Positions 1 to 14,269 of a DNA stretch of 64,000 bases are shown here, piece after piece. A program made the translations under genes and the position numbers. The notes under the pieces are model-generated. The model saw nothing but the letters and a program-made list of their open reading frames with translations. It made no database searches and was not told the origin of the DNA. The stretch is from contig OX597821.1 of the NCBI GenBank assembly GCA_951406725.2, positions 107,322,001 to 107,386,000 on the forward strand. The letters run 5' to 3'. The DNA is from Octopus vulgaris. Its lineage: Eukaryota. How positions within the stretch are numbered: the first letter of the stretch is position 1; the number at the start of each line of letters is the position of its first letter.

Positions 1-495
1 GTGTATACTAAGTCACAGCGATATATCAAACTGTATTGATTCCGCTGGGATCATTAAAATAGTTGCATAACTAACAAAGGTAATTACTGGAAGCACAGTT
101 TTGCATCTCAGTGACTTTCGAAATATTAATCAATAGAACTCCATTATTATATATCTCCCGCCCGATTTATGTCTCTGGGGGGTCCTCGACAACAGGATAC
201 TGAATTCTTTACTTTAAAATATATTAATCAAGAGAAAATCGAAAGAAGAAAACTCTAAGGGTTACCTGAAGAATTTTATTGGAATTTCTTCATTTGAACC
301 GAACATAATTTAATGCTTCAGGCTCTGTTTTGGACGTCATGATTCTTGCAGTGTTATATATTTCACTTGTAAAATTCGGTTAAGTCGCTTTTACTTCAGT
401 TTGGCTTTGATATTCTGTTTTCGCCCGGTGTACTTGTAAGTTTGTGAGCATATATGTGCGTGTGTATTCACACACACACATATATACATACATAG

Positions 496-582
<87 letters not shown>

Positions 583-654
583 GATACATATACATACAGA
601 TAGATAGATAGATAGATGTATATCTATCTGAGTGTCTATCTATCTATCAATCTA

Positions 655-696
<42 letters not shown>

Positions 697-790
697 AAGC
701 TTTATGAAAATAGACAAAAGACGAAGGCAGGTGGAAAACAAACAAACAATTGTATTAGTATGGCGCTCAGGAAATATAAATAAAACAAGT

Positions 791-826
791 CTTTAACGTT
801 TCGAGCCTACGCTCTTCAACAGAAAG
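791..826 (-). ncRNA. Minimal type I hammerhead-like motif (CUGUUGA variant)
   Basis: Minus strand: CTTT-CTGTTGA-A-GAGC(GTAG)GCTC-GAAA-CG-TT-AAAG. Stems I and II pair; stem III is the palindrome ACGT. Confidence 0.65.
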
Positions 827-878
827 ATACACAGAGAAAAAAAACACAGAAAGAAGGAGAGAAAAAAATATGCGTATA

Positions 879-921
<43 letters not shown>

Positions 922-1056
922 ACAAATGAGAGCGTGAAACTCTGAGTAACAGTTTTGTGATAATTTTGCAACTTTAACAAAAGCATATTACTCTACATTT
1001 GGTATTCGAGTACTATCTTTTCCACTTAGTTTTGCACTTATGTGCTCACCTGTATG

Positions 1057-1123
<67 letters not shown>

Positions 1124-1302
1124 CGAGAGAGAGAGAGAGAGAGAGAAAGGAGATAAGCTTCTTTTGGCGTGTGTGTGTACATAGATCGGTTAGATCTACA
1201 TATACATACGGGTATTTCGGGGTCGCTGAAAAGATGTACTAGTTACTCATTAAGGTCGCTTCCTCTCTCAAAATTTTAGACCCTGTGCCTATTTTACAAA
1301 GA

Positions 1303-1361
1303 ATTATTATTATTATTATTATTATTATTAGTTTTAGTAGTAGTAGTAGTAGTAGTAGTAG

Positions 1362-1414
<53 letters not shown>

Positions 1415-1487
1415 GGTGGTGGTGGTGGTGGTGGTGGTGGGGGTGGTGGTGGTGGTGGTGGTGGTGGTGGTGTTGTGGTGGTGTTGT
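1303..1487. repeat. Compound trinucleotide microsatellite (ATT)(AGT)(GTT)(GGT)
   Basis: Direct reading. Confidence 0.95.
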
Positions 1488-2146
1488 AAGGCGGTGATCT
1501 GTCAGTATCCTTAACATGACGGCCAAATTGCTTGGCGGCATTTCGAACGTCTTCCCGTTCTGCGTTCAAATGTCACCGATGTCGACTTTGCCTTTCATCA
1601 ATTTGGGTTCGATAAAAAAGTGCCAGTTGGATACTGGGTTCGCTATAATCGACTTACGCCCCTCTCCGAAATTGATGGCTTTATGCCAAAATTTGAAATC
1701 AATATTTCTCGTAGTAGGCCACAGTAAAAAATTGCGATAAGTTATAAACATCTGGAAATAATTATGATAATCCTTTCGGTAGAATTCATTTCTTTATGCA
1801 GTTAATAACGTTTTCGTATTTCATTAGAATGTGGCAGAGTCATGGAACTTGTGATTCTTGACTATGTTTAGAAATGTCCAAATACGTAGATTATTTTATA
1901 TCTGTGTTGAGAATAGACAAATGCACACAACTGCGCAATCACACGCTTGCACACAAATGTACACAAATAGACACAAATGCACAAATGCACACCTAAATTC
2001 GATTCGTATTCACAAATACACAGATACTTCAATAAAAATACACAACGCATACACTTCTTCACACATATATATACACCTGTTTTAAGATATGCATATATTC
2101 ATCTCCATACATTCTTATATTCTTTTTTATGCATATTTCTATAAAA

Positions 2147-2458
2147 GACGGGCTTCTTTCAGTTTCCGTCTACCAAGCCTACTCACAAGGCTTTGGTCAA
2201 TGCGAGGCTATAATAAAAGACTCTTGGCCAAGGTGCCACGCAGTGCGACTGACCCGGAATCATGTGGTTGGTAAGCAAGCTACTCACCATACAGCCACGC
2301 CTGCGCTACCGACCAGGCTATCAGATGCTGCTTGCTACACATCACTGGTCACAATGCGCTTAGCATTGTATTAGCCTTCAAATGACGCCACCCCGCTGGC
2401 TAAGCGAGCAGGCCAACAGACGAAAGAGTGAGAGAAAGTTGTGGCGAAAGAGTACAGC
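2147..2458 (-). mobile_element. SINE family A head (2147-2307) joined to a family C fragment (2308-2458)
   Basis: Homology to 54760-54922 and to 38440-38585. Confidence 0.75.
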
Positions 2459-2459
2459 G

Positions 2460-4042
2460 TCTGTTTACTATACCACATCCCACTGATCTCAAACTGAGAC
2501 CAATAGTGGCAGGCCCAAGTTGTGAAACACACAGACTTAGCAACTTTATAGATATCATCTTAAAGCCAATACTGAAACACGTTCCAAGTATCGTAAGAGA
2601 TGACCTGGACCTATTAAATCATCTCCCCAAACATGCCGATAAAGACACCTTAATCGTTTCTTTTGATGTTATTAATCTTTACACCACAATCCCACATGAA
2701 TATGGACTGGAAGCCATTAAATTCTGGCTGGATAAATATCCCAATGAGATCCCGGAAAGAATTAAAAAAGAATTCATAATTGAGGGCCTCAAATTTATTC
2801 TGCAAAACAACTTCATGTATTTCCACAACAACACTTACAGACAGGTCTCAGGAACTGCAATGGGTACGAAAGTTGCACCTACCTATGCAAACCTGGTGAT
2901 GGCCTACCTGGAATCACATATCTATGAAAAATCCAAATATAAGTACGGCCAGTCTTTCCACAAATACCTGTTGGAGAACTGGAAACGCTACTTAGATGAT
3001 TGCCTCATCCTATGGTCTCACACACTCGACCATCTTATAGACTTCAAAAACCTTATCAACAGTGTAAATAACAACATTCAATTCACAATGGAATATAGTC
3101 AGGACCAACTCCCTTTTCTTGACATCCTAATCATTAAAAAAGGCGCCAACAGAAACTGACATCCATTACAAACCCACTGACTCTAAACAATACCTTCTAT
3201 TCACCTCCAATCACCCAAAACACACAAAGACAAATATCCCCTTCAACCTAGCGAGAAGAATCTGCACTATTGTCTCAAATGACACAACACGAAATAGAAG
3301 ACTCCGGGAACTAAGGGCAATTCTTCTCGAAAGACATTACCCGGCATCACTAGTAGACAACGGAATAGAACGGGCCAAATCAATCAACATTCAAGACCTA
3401 CGAAAACCCAAACACATCCACAGTACAGTAAATAGCCTCCCCTATCTCTCAACACACAACCCAAGGAATGCAGAAGCTTACACTATTATATACAACAACA
3501 TTCCACAACTAAGTCAAGACCCACGCCTGAAAAAAATACTGGCAGCTCATAAAATAATAAAAAGTAAGAGACAACCTAAATCCCTAAAAAACCTCCTCAC
3601 CAACGCAAAATTACACAACACAAACCCACCGCCCACCATCAAAAAATGTGGTCGCCCCAACTGCAAGACCTGCATCCACCTCATTGAGGGATCGTCGTAC
3701 AAGTTCCACTCGGGACACACATTCATCATAAAAAATAATTTCACGTGCGCATCAAAAAATTTACTCTACGTCATAAGGTGTGAAGGATGCCACGAAGACT
3801 ACATAGGGCAAACGAGCCTTACCCTCAGAGAAAGAATGACAGTTCACCGATAACAACTGAGGGACCCCTCCACAAGACAGATACCACTAAGTGGACACTT
3901 AGACCTTTGTGCACACAATAAGTCCCCCAAATTCTTAGTCTTCCCACTATACCAATGCTCGGACAACACCACAGACCAAACACGAATAAATAGGGAAAGT
4001 AATCTTATTCAAAAATACAGACCACAACTAAACATACTCTAA
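2460..4042 (+). pseudogene. Penelope-like retroelement ORF (reverse transcriptase + GIY-YIG endonuclease), 5'-truncated, disrupted
   Basis: ORF 2428-3159 has RT motifs LRPIVAG, SFDVINLYT, GTAMGT, RYLDD, LPFLD. After a frameshift near 3140 the frame reads TETDIHYKPTDSKQYL..SNHP, then CGRPNCKTC (Cys linker as in Neptune-type PLEs) and NLLYVIRCEGCHEDYIGQT..RERMTVH. In-frame TAA at 3851; final stop at 4040-4042. The first ORF codons come from an adjacent SINE fragment. Confidence 0.93.
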
Positions 4043-4189
4043 CATACCCCCTGGACACACATCCAGAGCAAGCACACAGGGACACGAGCACACTCACAGC
4101 ATATCGTGCGGGCGGACACATGCGCGCATCGGCACGCATAGGACACACTAGCGGGCATTGACTGCAAACATACGTGGCACGCACACGCA

Positions 4190-4437
4190 TGCATTATATA
4201 TATGTAGGTTATGTATGTGTGTGAGTGTAGTGTGTGTGTGTGTGTGTGCACGTTGTGTGTGTGTGTGCGCGTGTGTATGTATGTGTGTGTGCACTGTGTG
4301 CGTGTGTGTGTATGTGTGTGTGTGTGCGCGTTGTGTGTGTGTGTGCGCGTGTGTATATATGTGTGTGTGTGTGTGCACTGTGTGCGTGTGTGTGTGTGTG
4401 AGCATTGTGTACGTGTGTATGTATTTACATGTGTATT

Positions 4438-4489
<52 letters not shown>

Positions 4490-4686
4490 TGTGTGTGTAT
4501 ATGCATGGTATGTGTGTATATGTGAGTACATTGTTTGTGTGTGTGTGTGTATGTAGAGATATATTTGAGTGTGTACGCTATAGGTTTGTATTTTGTGTGT
4601 GTGGGTGTGTGTGTGAATTTTATATATATATGTGTGTGTATGTGTGTGAAAAAATATATATATGTGCATGTATGTATGTATGTATG

Positions 4687-4717
<31 letters not shown>

Positions 4718-5449
4718 GTGTGTGTGTATGTGTGTGTATATATATTTGCATGTATATGTGTGTATAAACATGTGCATTATTTGCATGCGCATTGTGTATA
4801 TGTATATTGTATGCATGTGTATTGTATATGTATGTGTACAATTAAGTGTATATATGTGTGTGTATGTGTGCATTGTATATATGTATATTGTAGGTGTGCT
4901 ATATATGCATGAATACATGTATATACATTGCGTGTATATATATGTATGCATTGTGTATGTATGTTATGTGTGTGTGTGTATATATATATTATATGTATGC
5001 GTACGTGTATGTGTATGCATTGTATGTATGTATATTGTGTGTATATGTGGTATATCTATGTATGTGTATGTAAACACTATTTATATGTATATATGTATAT
5101 ATGTATATGCATTGTCTCTATATATATATATTATATGTATGTATTGCGTATGTATATTGCATGCATATATTGTGTATGTGTATTATATACATGCTGTGTA
5201 TGTGTATTGTATGTATATATATGCTAGGTGTATTTGTGTGATATTTATATTATGTATGTATGTGTGCGTGTGTTGTGTGTGTGTGTGTGTGTGTGTGTTG
5301 TGTGTGTATGTGTGTTATATATGTGTGTATATTATATATAAATACATGTTATATTTGTGTGCTGTGTGTGTATATTATATATGTGGGTGCGTTGTGTATG
5401 TGTGTGTTCTGTGTGTGTGTGTTGTGTGTATGTGGTGTGTGTTTGTATA

Positions 5450-5489
<40 letters not shown>

Positions 5490-5493
5490 GTGT
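4190..5493. repeat. Degenerate (TG/TA)n tract
   Basis: Direct reading. Confidence 0.95.
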
Positions 5494-6083
5494 GACAAAC
5501 AGACGCTGTCTGACCAGCAGGCACACGGACACATCTATTCACACCCGCATACTCACCTCCCGATAACCCCAAAATCATTGATGCTTGAAGGGGAACCATA
5601 AACCAAACTGGGTACACATCTTTTTTTCTCTCAATTCAACTTTTCTGCTAAAACAAACAGGTCAGTAAAAACAAATTCTCGCCTTCAATTCAAAATATTC
5701 TGAGATGTCTAAAATATCCATTTTAATTTTCTCTGTCAATATTACAAGCTTTCTCACCAAACTATTACGCTTCCTTATGTCTTTAACATGTCCTTTCTAC
5801 CAAAGACTGTATATATATACATGTAATGTGACAATTTGCGACAACCAATAATTAACGCAACCAAATTTCCAATAATATATTTGTTTTATTCTTTTCTGCC
5901 AATTTTTCCAAATATTCTCATCACACTATTGAACTTTTTTATGCCCTTAACATATCTCTGTTACCAAACACTATATTTATACCATGTAATGTGACAATTA
6001 TGTATAAAAAAACATTTTTGAATTCATAATATTCAATGTGACAATTATGTAAAAAACTTTTTTTGAACCCATAATATTCAATG

Positions 6084-6128
6084 TTACTTTTGACAATCTT
6101 TTACCAAAGAGTGAAACCGGTTAAGTAA
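6084..6128 (+). ncRNA. Decayed type I hammerhead motif
   Basis: TTACTT-TTGACAA-TCTTT(TACC)AAAGA-GT-GAAA-CCGG-TT-AAGTAA. 6-bp stem I; core is two transitions from CTGACGA. Confidence 0.6.
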
Positions 6129-6202
6129 ATAAACATCTTTTAAATTGCATTTTCAAACCTTCTTTCATATATAATTCCACTCGTGCGATACCCCACAACT
6201 CA

Positions 6203-6275
<73 letters not shown>

Positions 6276-6332
6276 ACCGTTGGCGATTTTTTTTCCTCCG
6301 GCTTCTCTTCTCTGGATCTTTTCTTTTCCTAT

Positions 6333-6367
6333 GTTTCTGAAGAAGAGCTCCGCTCGAAACGTTAAAC
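6333..6367 (+). ncRNA. Minimal type I hammerhead ribozyme motif, intact core
   Basis: GTTT-CTGAAGA-A-GAGC(TCC)GCTC-GAAA-CG-TT-AAAC, in a ~190-bp unit (6280-6467) between microsatellites. Confidence 0.75.
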
Positions 6368-6760
6368 CCTCCTTCCCTTCCTTCCTGAGCGTCCAATAAT
6401 ACTATATTTGTTCCACGTCCTTGCGTTGCTGTGTTTTCTCTTTGTGTTTTCATGTCTGGATTAACTTTATATATATATATCAGCAGTGTAACTACACGTG
6501 GCCCGTTGCCGATTTCTTCTCTTTCTTGTTTGGACTTTTCCCTTTCTCCCTTCCGACAAAGAGCTATGCTTAAAACGTTAAGCCGTCTCCTTTCACCGAG
6601 CGTCAAGCTAAAATACTTTTTGTGCACGTCCTCACGTTCGTTATTTTTCTTCTTTTTCTTTTATCTATTTGAATTTACTAAATATACATACATACATGTA
6701 TGAGAGTGGATTTATTAGACGAAACTGAAAGAAGCCCGTCGTGTGTGTGTGTGTATGTTT

Positions 6761-6827
<67 letters not shown>

Positions 6828-7981
6828 CAAATACACACACATGTACATTGAAATATATATATTTAGTGAGCTATATATATGAGCATTCATTCATATAACC
6901 TATGTTTTCATGTGTATAATCATATGCTCATATACATCTTTTACCTTTTACTTATTTCAGTCATTAGACTGCGGTCATGCTGGGGCACGACCTTGATGAA
7001 TTTCTAATTGAACGAATCAACCTCAGTACTTACTGTTTTAAAAGCCTCGTACTTATTCTATCAGTTCTTTTACAGATCCACTGTTACAAGGATATAAACA
7101 TACCAACACCTGTTGTCACACGGTGATGGGGGACAAACGCACACGCATTCAAACAAATACACGTACACATACATACATCACACACAAGCACATAGACAAA
7201 TGTTGGAATTAAAGAATATATAATATATATATGTCTGTGTCTGTAGGTGTATATAAACTGACATATTTATGACAAATTTTGAGTATCTTGCGTGAATAAA
7301 TACTTTAAGTTTGCAACGAGTTATCAAAAGCGATGATTCAAGCAAACTAGAAACATGGGCACCATTGTATTTGATACCAAAATACCAAGAAACCAATTTT
7401 GTACCTTGTCTTTTGATAACTTGGAACGTGTTACATTTTCTTCAAGTCTTAATAAATGGTTTCCTACAAGTCTATCCGATAAGATCGATTCCGAAATAGC
7501 GCAGTTATCTTTCAATAAATCACTCAGAGCTATACATTTATGTCATACCCAACAGGTATTGATGATCCCACACTGAATTCCGAATCGAGGTTTAACAGAC
7601 GTTTTCGTGATAAATTTTCTATTGCCATGAAATAACTTGAAACTTTTAGAATCTTTTCAAATCTTTCTTTTCGATAGACACACCATAATAAACCAATGTA
7701 CGTTCAGAAATTCTTGATCACTTCACGCATACAACTCGCACACAGATATATAGAGTACAATATTGCTTTCAAATTTTGTCATAAAGCCAGCATCCCCCTA
7801 GGCAGAGTAAGTCGATTATGTCACTCCAGCGCTCAACTGGTACCTATTCTATCGACCCAGAAGAGAGGAGACACAAAGCTAACTTCAACTGAATTTGAAC
7901 TCAGAACATGAAGATGAGCAAAATGCCGCTAAGAATTTTGCTTGGTACACTAATAATTCTGCTTGCTCGCCACCTTATATA

Positions 7982-8209
7982 TTGGGTTGGTGCATAATTA
8001 TTGCAGCGTTTTTTTCAACAAAAACATTAAAAACATATAACAAAAATATCTTTAAATGATTATTCCGGAGCATATTCACTATCTACTTCGATTACTGCTT
8101 CTCATTTGCTTGGCAGACAGTCAGACCGTCATTTAATGATGTTTTTGTTAAATATTCTTATTGCTTTTGTTGAATAAAATTTGTTGAAAAAAGTCGCAAT
8201 AATTATCAA

Positions 8210-8213
<4 letters not shown>
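7982..8213. mobile_element. Mariner MITE with Hsmar1/MADE1-like TIR
   Basis: TA|TTGGGTTGGTGCATAATTATTGC..GCAATAATTATCAACCAA|TA resembles the known TTAGGTTGGTGCAAAAGTAATTGCGG terminus. Confidence 0.7.
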
Positions 8214-8288
<75 letters not shown>

Positions 8289-8989
8289 ATTTAGGAATGG
8301 TCATTTTGCCAGTTTAGCCAATAAAAACACACGCAGTATATATTTGGTGTTACTTTGCTTCAATGTTATTTATTTTTTACATTAATCTTAATCTTATTTC
8401 GGCCAGAGTTCTTTCGTCACACTCCTGTGACCGCATCAGTGGTCCTTTGTTTTCTTCTTACTTATTTGTGTCTCTCCTTACTAACCGTCAGCCATTTTGT
8501 ATTTCTATTGTATGTCTTCATTTGCGCATGCTTATATCTCTATGTGCGTTTATGTTTATTTAGTGTGTGTATGTGGGGGATGAAACAGTAAGTTCAAGCT
8601 AGTTTTCAACTCTTTATCTTTTCATTTAGTAATCATTTTATTGGCTTGTTAGAGAGGTCAATTATATCATCATCGATTTTGCTTTTCCGTGCCCACATGG
8701 ATCAGACAGATTTTGTTAAGGCAGACTTTCTGTGACTGGATGCCCTTCCTGTCACCAGCCCTCACCTGTTTCCAAGCAATGTAATATTTACCCATGACCA
8801 GACACTGCTTTCATGATTGTTACTCTAGACACCTTTAGTCACCTTATACCGCAGTGGCTCTCAATAGGAATTCATATGGCCGTTGAGGGGAATAAATTTA
8901 TTATTCTTTCTACATTGCACAAAATATTTTAACAGGTTTATTTTTTATGTTTATAATTGCTAATAATATTTTGAATTATAAAGATATTC

Positions 8990-9242
8990 TTTTATTTGTT
9001 TCAGTCATTTGACTGCGGCCATGCTGGAGCATCGCCTTTTTAGTCGAACGAATGGACCCCCGGGCTCGTTCTTTGTAAGTCTAGTACTTATTTTATCAGT
9101 CTCTTTTGCCGAACCGCTAATGAACGGGGACGTAAACACGCCAGCATAAGTTATCAAGCCATGATGGGGGGACAAACACAGACACACAAACATACACGCA
9201 CACGCACATGCATACACTCGCATATACATAAACACTCATATG

Positions 9243-9284
<42 letters not shown>

Positions 9285-9445
9285 GGCAATAGGCTTCTTT
9301 CAGTTTCCGCCTACCAGATCCACTTACAAGGCTTTGGTCGGCCCGAGGCTATAGTAGAAGACACTTGCCCAAGATGCCATGCAGTGGGACTGAATATAAA
9401 ACCATGCGGTTGGTAAGCAAGTTACTTACCACACAGCCACTCCTC
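8990..9445 (-). mobile_element. SINE family A
   Basis: Aligns with the other copies. Confidence 0.82.
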
Positions 9446-11892
9446 TTATATAATAAGATATTTTAAATATGGAATTTTATGAGGGTCCATCCGAGTATAA
9501 TAGGAATCAAAGAGCCCAATTGGTAAAAACAGGTTGAGGAACACGGTCATAGACGCATCATAGATGACTCAAAATACAAATTCGTAGACAAATAAAGGAC
9601 TGCCGCATCTTGCACTCTACTTCCTGTATACTGTTTTTCATATATTTTAATTTCTATTGTAAGCAATGTAAATAAAAGGATTCTGGCTTAATCACGCTTG
9701 TTTGTATACAATTAAACGCATTTATTCTCTTGTGACTTGACTTTTTACTAACCGATTTTTTTCAAGCACCATTCATGAAACTGACGTTGGAAATTTTACT
9801 TCAAAGCGGAAATGTAAAAATTGTTGAATATCATGCAGTGACTATTTTGAAAATCAATTAAAAAATATATATATATGGAATGAAAAGAATTTTCTCGCAT
9901 GGGAATAATCAGTAAATATTGAATTCAATTTTTTAAAATGTTCATTCTTTATTTATTTATATTTCTTTCTGTGGTATTTTAGTTTCTTTGGCTGTTTTCA
10001 CTTATGACTTTATCGATATTTTTATTGGATTACTTCTTCTGGCAGAACTATAAATTACGTAATTTCTCCCGGTTCTGTTCCAGTGTATATCTCACGTTTC
10101 GTGTCACCGTAAGAATGTTGTGTCTGTTTGTTGTTGTTTTTCATTTTATTTTCCCTTTCGTAAAATATTATTGATTTTCTTTTGGCAACACAAAGGTGTT
10201 TGTCGCTAAGAAACCAATATCGATTTCTTGTGGCGAGCCAAAAGCCGACATGGTTATAGGAGGAGAAAGAAAACTCGGGAAAATACTGTTATCCACAGCT
10301 TTTCCAGAATTATCATTGAATTAGTGATGAGGTTAAATTAATTTAATATTGAGTAATAAAGTGAAATTAAACACGTACACGTGTGTGTGTGTGTGTGTAT
10401 TTGTGTGTGTGTGTGTTTGTGTGTGTGCGCGCGTTATTTTTAATCGGCAGAATTTACAAAATAGCTGGGGGCTTTTCAGTCGCTTTATATCATCTGCCGA
10501 TTGAAATGCAGAAATATATGTATATTAGTGCTTTGAACTCAATTTATCCTTCTTGTATTACCAAAGAAGTTTCTAACCAGGTGTCAAGACCATTTTGATC
10601 TAATCTTGTTCACAGTATAGAACCTCACTTCTCTAAATAAACATTGATTTCTCATTTTTATGTAATCATTTTATTGTTTAGATTTATTTTACTTGTTTTA
10701 TTTCACGCATTTATTTCTGTCGGGCAAAATTTCAAATTTGGGTTGGGTAAATTGTCGATTTCAATATCTGCATCTCACTCAAAGTTACCTACAGTATGAA
10801 TTTGATTCAACTGGATAAAGAATTAAAGATGCTTACATTGTAATCAAGTTGAATTCATTCCTGAACTAATAGAAATGTCACTAAGGCATATTTATAATCT
10901 TTTACTCATTGTTACAAGCCGCTCTATGAAAATGTCGATTTGTTGTACAAACACAAATTGTTAAATCTGTTTCGATCTGATATAGTCAATCGAATCCGTT
11001 TCATTACTTGATTGATACATCTTTTTTTTCTATTATCCTCGAGAAGATGAAAAGCAAAGTTGAATCCGTTGGGATTTCAACTGAAATTGTAAAAGAATAA
11101 AAATAAATACTGAACGTTCGTTTTTGTCACCGACATTTGCTCTTCATTGCCTTTAGAAATAAGTTAATATTAGTAGATTGATTGATTGAAAATATATTGA
11201 AATCATGTCATTATTCAAATGCTTCCATTCTTGATACGAGAGTATAAATATACAACATGCTTCAAGGCATCTCCAAATGTCTCCAAATCACTTGAATCCT
11301 TTGGTTGCCATTAACAATGAAAAGAAACAATTGCATTATTGGCATATAAGACTTCTTTCTGCAACAACAGAAACACTATAAATTTTTTTCAAACAGTAAT
11401 CCCAGTTATCTTACAGAGACATATTTATTCCAAGCTGAAAATATATCTTACTAAGAAGACAAAGAAAGCTTCAAGTAAGAGATCTCATTAGAATAAAAGA
11501 TCAAATTAATTTAACGAACAAGCATTTACATATTTATTCTTAATACGCCTAGGTAGGTTTAGACGCAAAATATGTGCTTCACTGTAGTAAACGTCAAAAG
11601 AGGAAGAATTCTCTGATATATGACGAAAATTTGTTTATCGAGAAATACAGAACACGCCTAAATATGAACGCATAACCAACTTTGATCTTGTATATATTTT
11701 AATTCATGTTCACAAAAAATCACTGTAAATATTTAGTCTCATTACTCCCCAAAAATGAGCAATTTACTCCCATCTACCGAATGATAACGATCACCAATTA
11801 CCTCCCCTTACATTTTCCTACCTGTCGATTCATTTCGTTGACAAATCCCCATACACAACATGAACTGAAACGGTTAAAAAGATACGTACTAT

Positions 11893-12368
11893 CTTTTACT
11901 CTTTTACTGGTTTCAGTCATTTACTTGTTTCAGACTGCTAAGTTACTGGGACGTAAACACACCAACCAATGCTTGGGGTAGAAACACGGACACAGACACA
12001 CACACACATATACGATGGGTTTCTTTCAGTTTCCTTCTACCAAATCCACTCACAAGGCTTTGGTCGACCTGGGATTATAGTAGAAGAAAATTGCCCGAGG
12101 TGCCACGCAGTGTGGCTGAACCCGGGACGATGTGGTTGGTAAGCAAGTTACTTACCACACAGCCATGTATCTCATATAGATTCATTGGACTGGTTTCCTG
12201 GTTGCTATTCCCCACTGGACGGGACACTGGCTCGTGGCACTCTTACTCATTTTTGTGTCCTCAGTGAACAGCTGAAGCAAAAGGAGGTGAAGTGACTTCT
12301 ACTATAGCCTCGTGCCGATTAAAGCCTTGTGAGTTGATTCGGTTAACGGAAACTGAAAGAAGCCCGTC

Positions 12369-12405
<37 letters not shown>

Positions 12406-12608
12406 TGCGTGTGTGTCTTCATGTCTGTGTTTCTCCCTCCCCTCACTATCGCTTGATAACCGATGCTAGTGTGTTTATTTCCCCGAAACTTAGCGGTTCG
12501 GTAAAAGGAACCGATAGAGTAAGTACTAAGCTTACTAACAATAAGTACTGGAGTCGATCGCTTCGACTAAAGTCGGTGCTCCAGTATAGCCGCACTCAAA
12601 TGACTGAA
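11893..12608. mobile_element. Two divergently oriented SINE family A fragments (11893-12166 minus, 12290-12608 plus)
   Basis: Homology to family A on opposite strands. Confidence 0.75.
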
Positions 12609-12699
12609 CCCAACGCGCCAACCTTTTCCGGTATCGAAACCACAATCTTACGATCATGAATCGAATATCCTAACCTCTATGCTACGCGCCCACCCCTCT

Positions 12700-12742
<43 letters not shown>

Positions 12743-13029
12743 ATCGCATATACTTATGAGACAATTGTTTAATGTTTTGCTTTTCATGCGGTTGCTATTT
12801 GAAATGTACACAAAATCAAAATGCGTAAGTCACAAGGAACGAAATTCTTTTTCTTACATTCGTAGATGTCAAAATCGCTGAAATACGAAATGAGATAATG
12901 TGACAAGATTTGTCTTCCTGGAAGGCTTTAAAATATCACTGTTGTCAGTGAATTACTCAAGCAGGAGATTCTACGACATGTTTCACCTTAGAAAACAAAT
13001 ATTCGAAACACGTTCGTGTCAGGATATTG

Positions 13030-13350
13030 GGATCCTTTCGGTTTGAACGGCAGTTTTTTAAAAATAATTTCCACGTCACTAAACACTTTTAAACTTCGTA
13101 TACTGGTAGAATGTGTTTATAAAATATCTTTTTCTCTTGGCTTTATTGAGAAAATTCTATAGTTTGTAAGATATTTGTTGTTTTTTTTCTGAAGAAAAAA
13201 GATACCCTTCCCCCACCCCTAACCCTAACCCTAACTAACCCTAACCCTAAAACAGATTGAAATGCAATAGATCGATACTAGAGTCATAATTATGGATGAC
13301 AATTTCATATGACACCGCTAAAAAAACTGCCGTTCAAACCGAGAAGATCC
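13030..13350. mobile_element. MITE with GGATC termini, 8-bp TSD and internal (CCCTAA)n; internally deleted copy
   Basis: TIRs GGATCCTTTCGGTTTGAACGGCAGTTTTTT / AAAAAACTGCCGTTCAAACCGAGAAGATCC; flanks GGATATTG / CGATATTG. Confidence 0.88.
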
Positions 13351-13528
13351 CGATATTGAGTGACATTTGAGAAATAATGGAAGGGAATACATTTCTTTAG
13401 GTTTTGGTAAAAATTGATTGTTTAGCCGTTCCGCGATAACTATTGGCAGAATGTTAACAACTTTACTGAATTGAATCTCTCGGATTCTAAATTCATTTCA
13501 TAATCTTCACCAATCATATTTTTATACC

Positions 13529-13751
13529 TATTTCTTTACTACCCACAAGGGGCTAAACACAAAAAGGACAAACAAACGGATTAAGTCGATTATATCGACT
13601 CCAGTGTGTAACTGGTACTTATTTAATCGACCTCGAAAGGATGAAAGGCAAAGTCGACCTCGGCGGAATTTGAACTTAGAACGTAATGGCAGACGAAATA
13701 CGGCTACGCATTTCGCCCGGTGTGCTAACGATTCTGCCAGCTCGCCGCCTT
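13529..13751 (-). mobile_element. SINE family B with 15-bp TSD
   Basis: GGCGGCGAGCTGGCAGAA head, AGTTCAAATTCC B-box; TSD TCATATTTTTATACC at 13514-13528 and 13752-13766. Confidence 0.88.
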
Positions 13752-14269
13752 TCATATTTTTATACCACCGAGCTAAACAAGAACAGAGCAAAGATAAAAA
13801 CCAATTAAAAAGAATTTGTTTAATATTTAAAGGAGCATTATTCTATCCAGAATTTTTTTCTTTTTTTTTTTTAGGATTCGTACAGAATGTCTACCGAGCT
13901 ATCATTTACAATAACTTCAGCTTTACTGTGCAGAAGAATTTCAATTTTGTTAGACAGGTATATAGATAATGCAATCTATTCTAGTATTTACTAGAAATTA
14001 ATGTTCCTACTTCACAGAAATTGTATCCAAATCTGACCCATAGCTACAGCTGAAACTATTATTTTATATAGAGTTGCAGCTTAATAGATAAAATTCAAAA
14101 GTAAAGCAATTGCATTATCCACTTTAGCGGCAAATTCAGTCATTGTTTTCACATGAGAATATCGTGGGAAGAATATCATTTCATGGAAACCATTTTCAAG
14201 AAACGCAATTACAAATACGTTATCCTTTGACCTCACATGCTCATTCTTCGGCAGATTAGTAGTAACGCT

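Larger units (their letters stand above)
4043..6205 (+). mobile_element. Probable 3' UTR/pLTR of the Penelope-like element, with an expanded (TG/TA) tract and a decayed hammerhead
   Basis: Continues from the ORF stop, has a hammerhead-like motif at 6084-6128 followed by AATAAA, and ends at (TA)n. Confidence 0.55.

Noticed and set aside
262-306. Hammerhead core words CTGAAGA..CCGAAC
   Set aside because: GAAA is incomplete and there are no supporting stems.
9960-10330. Possible exon in unique sequence
   Set aside because: No convincing ORF or splice-site pair found.
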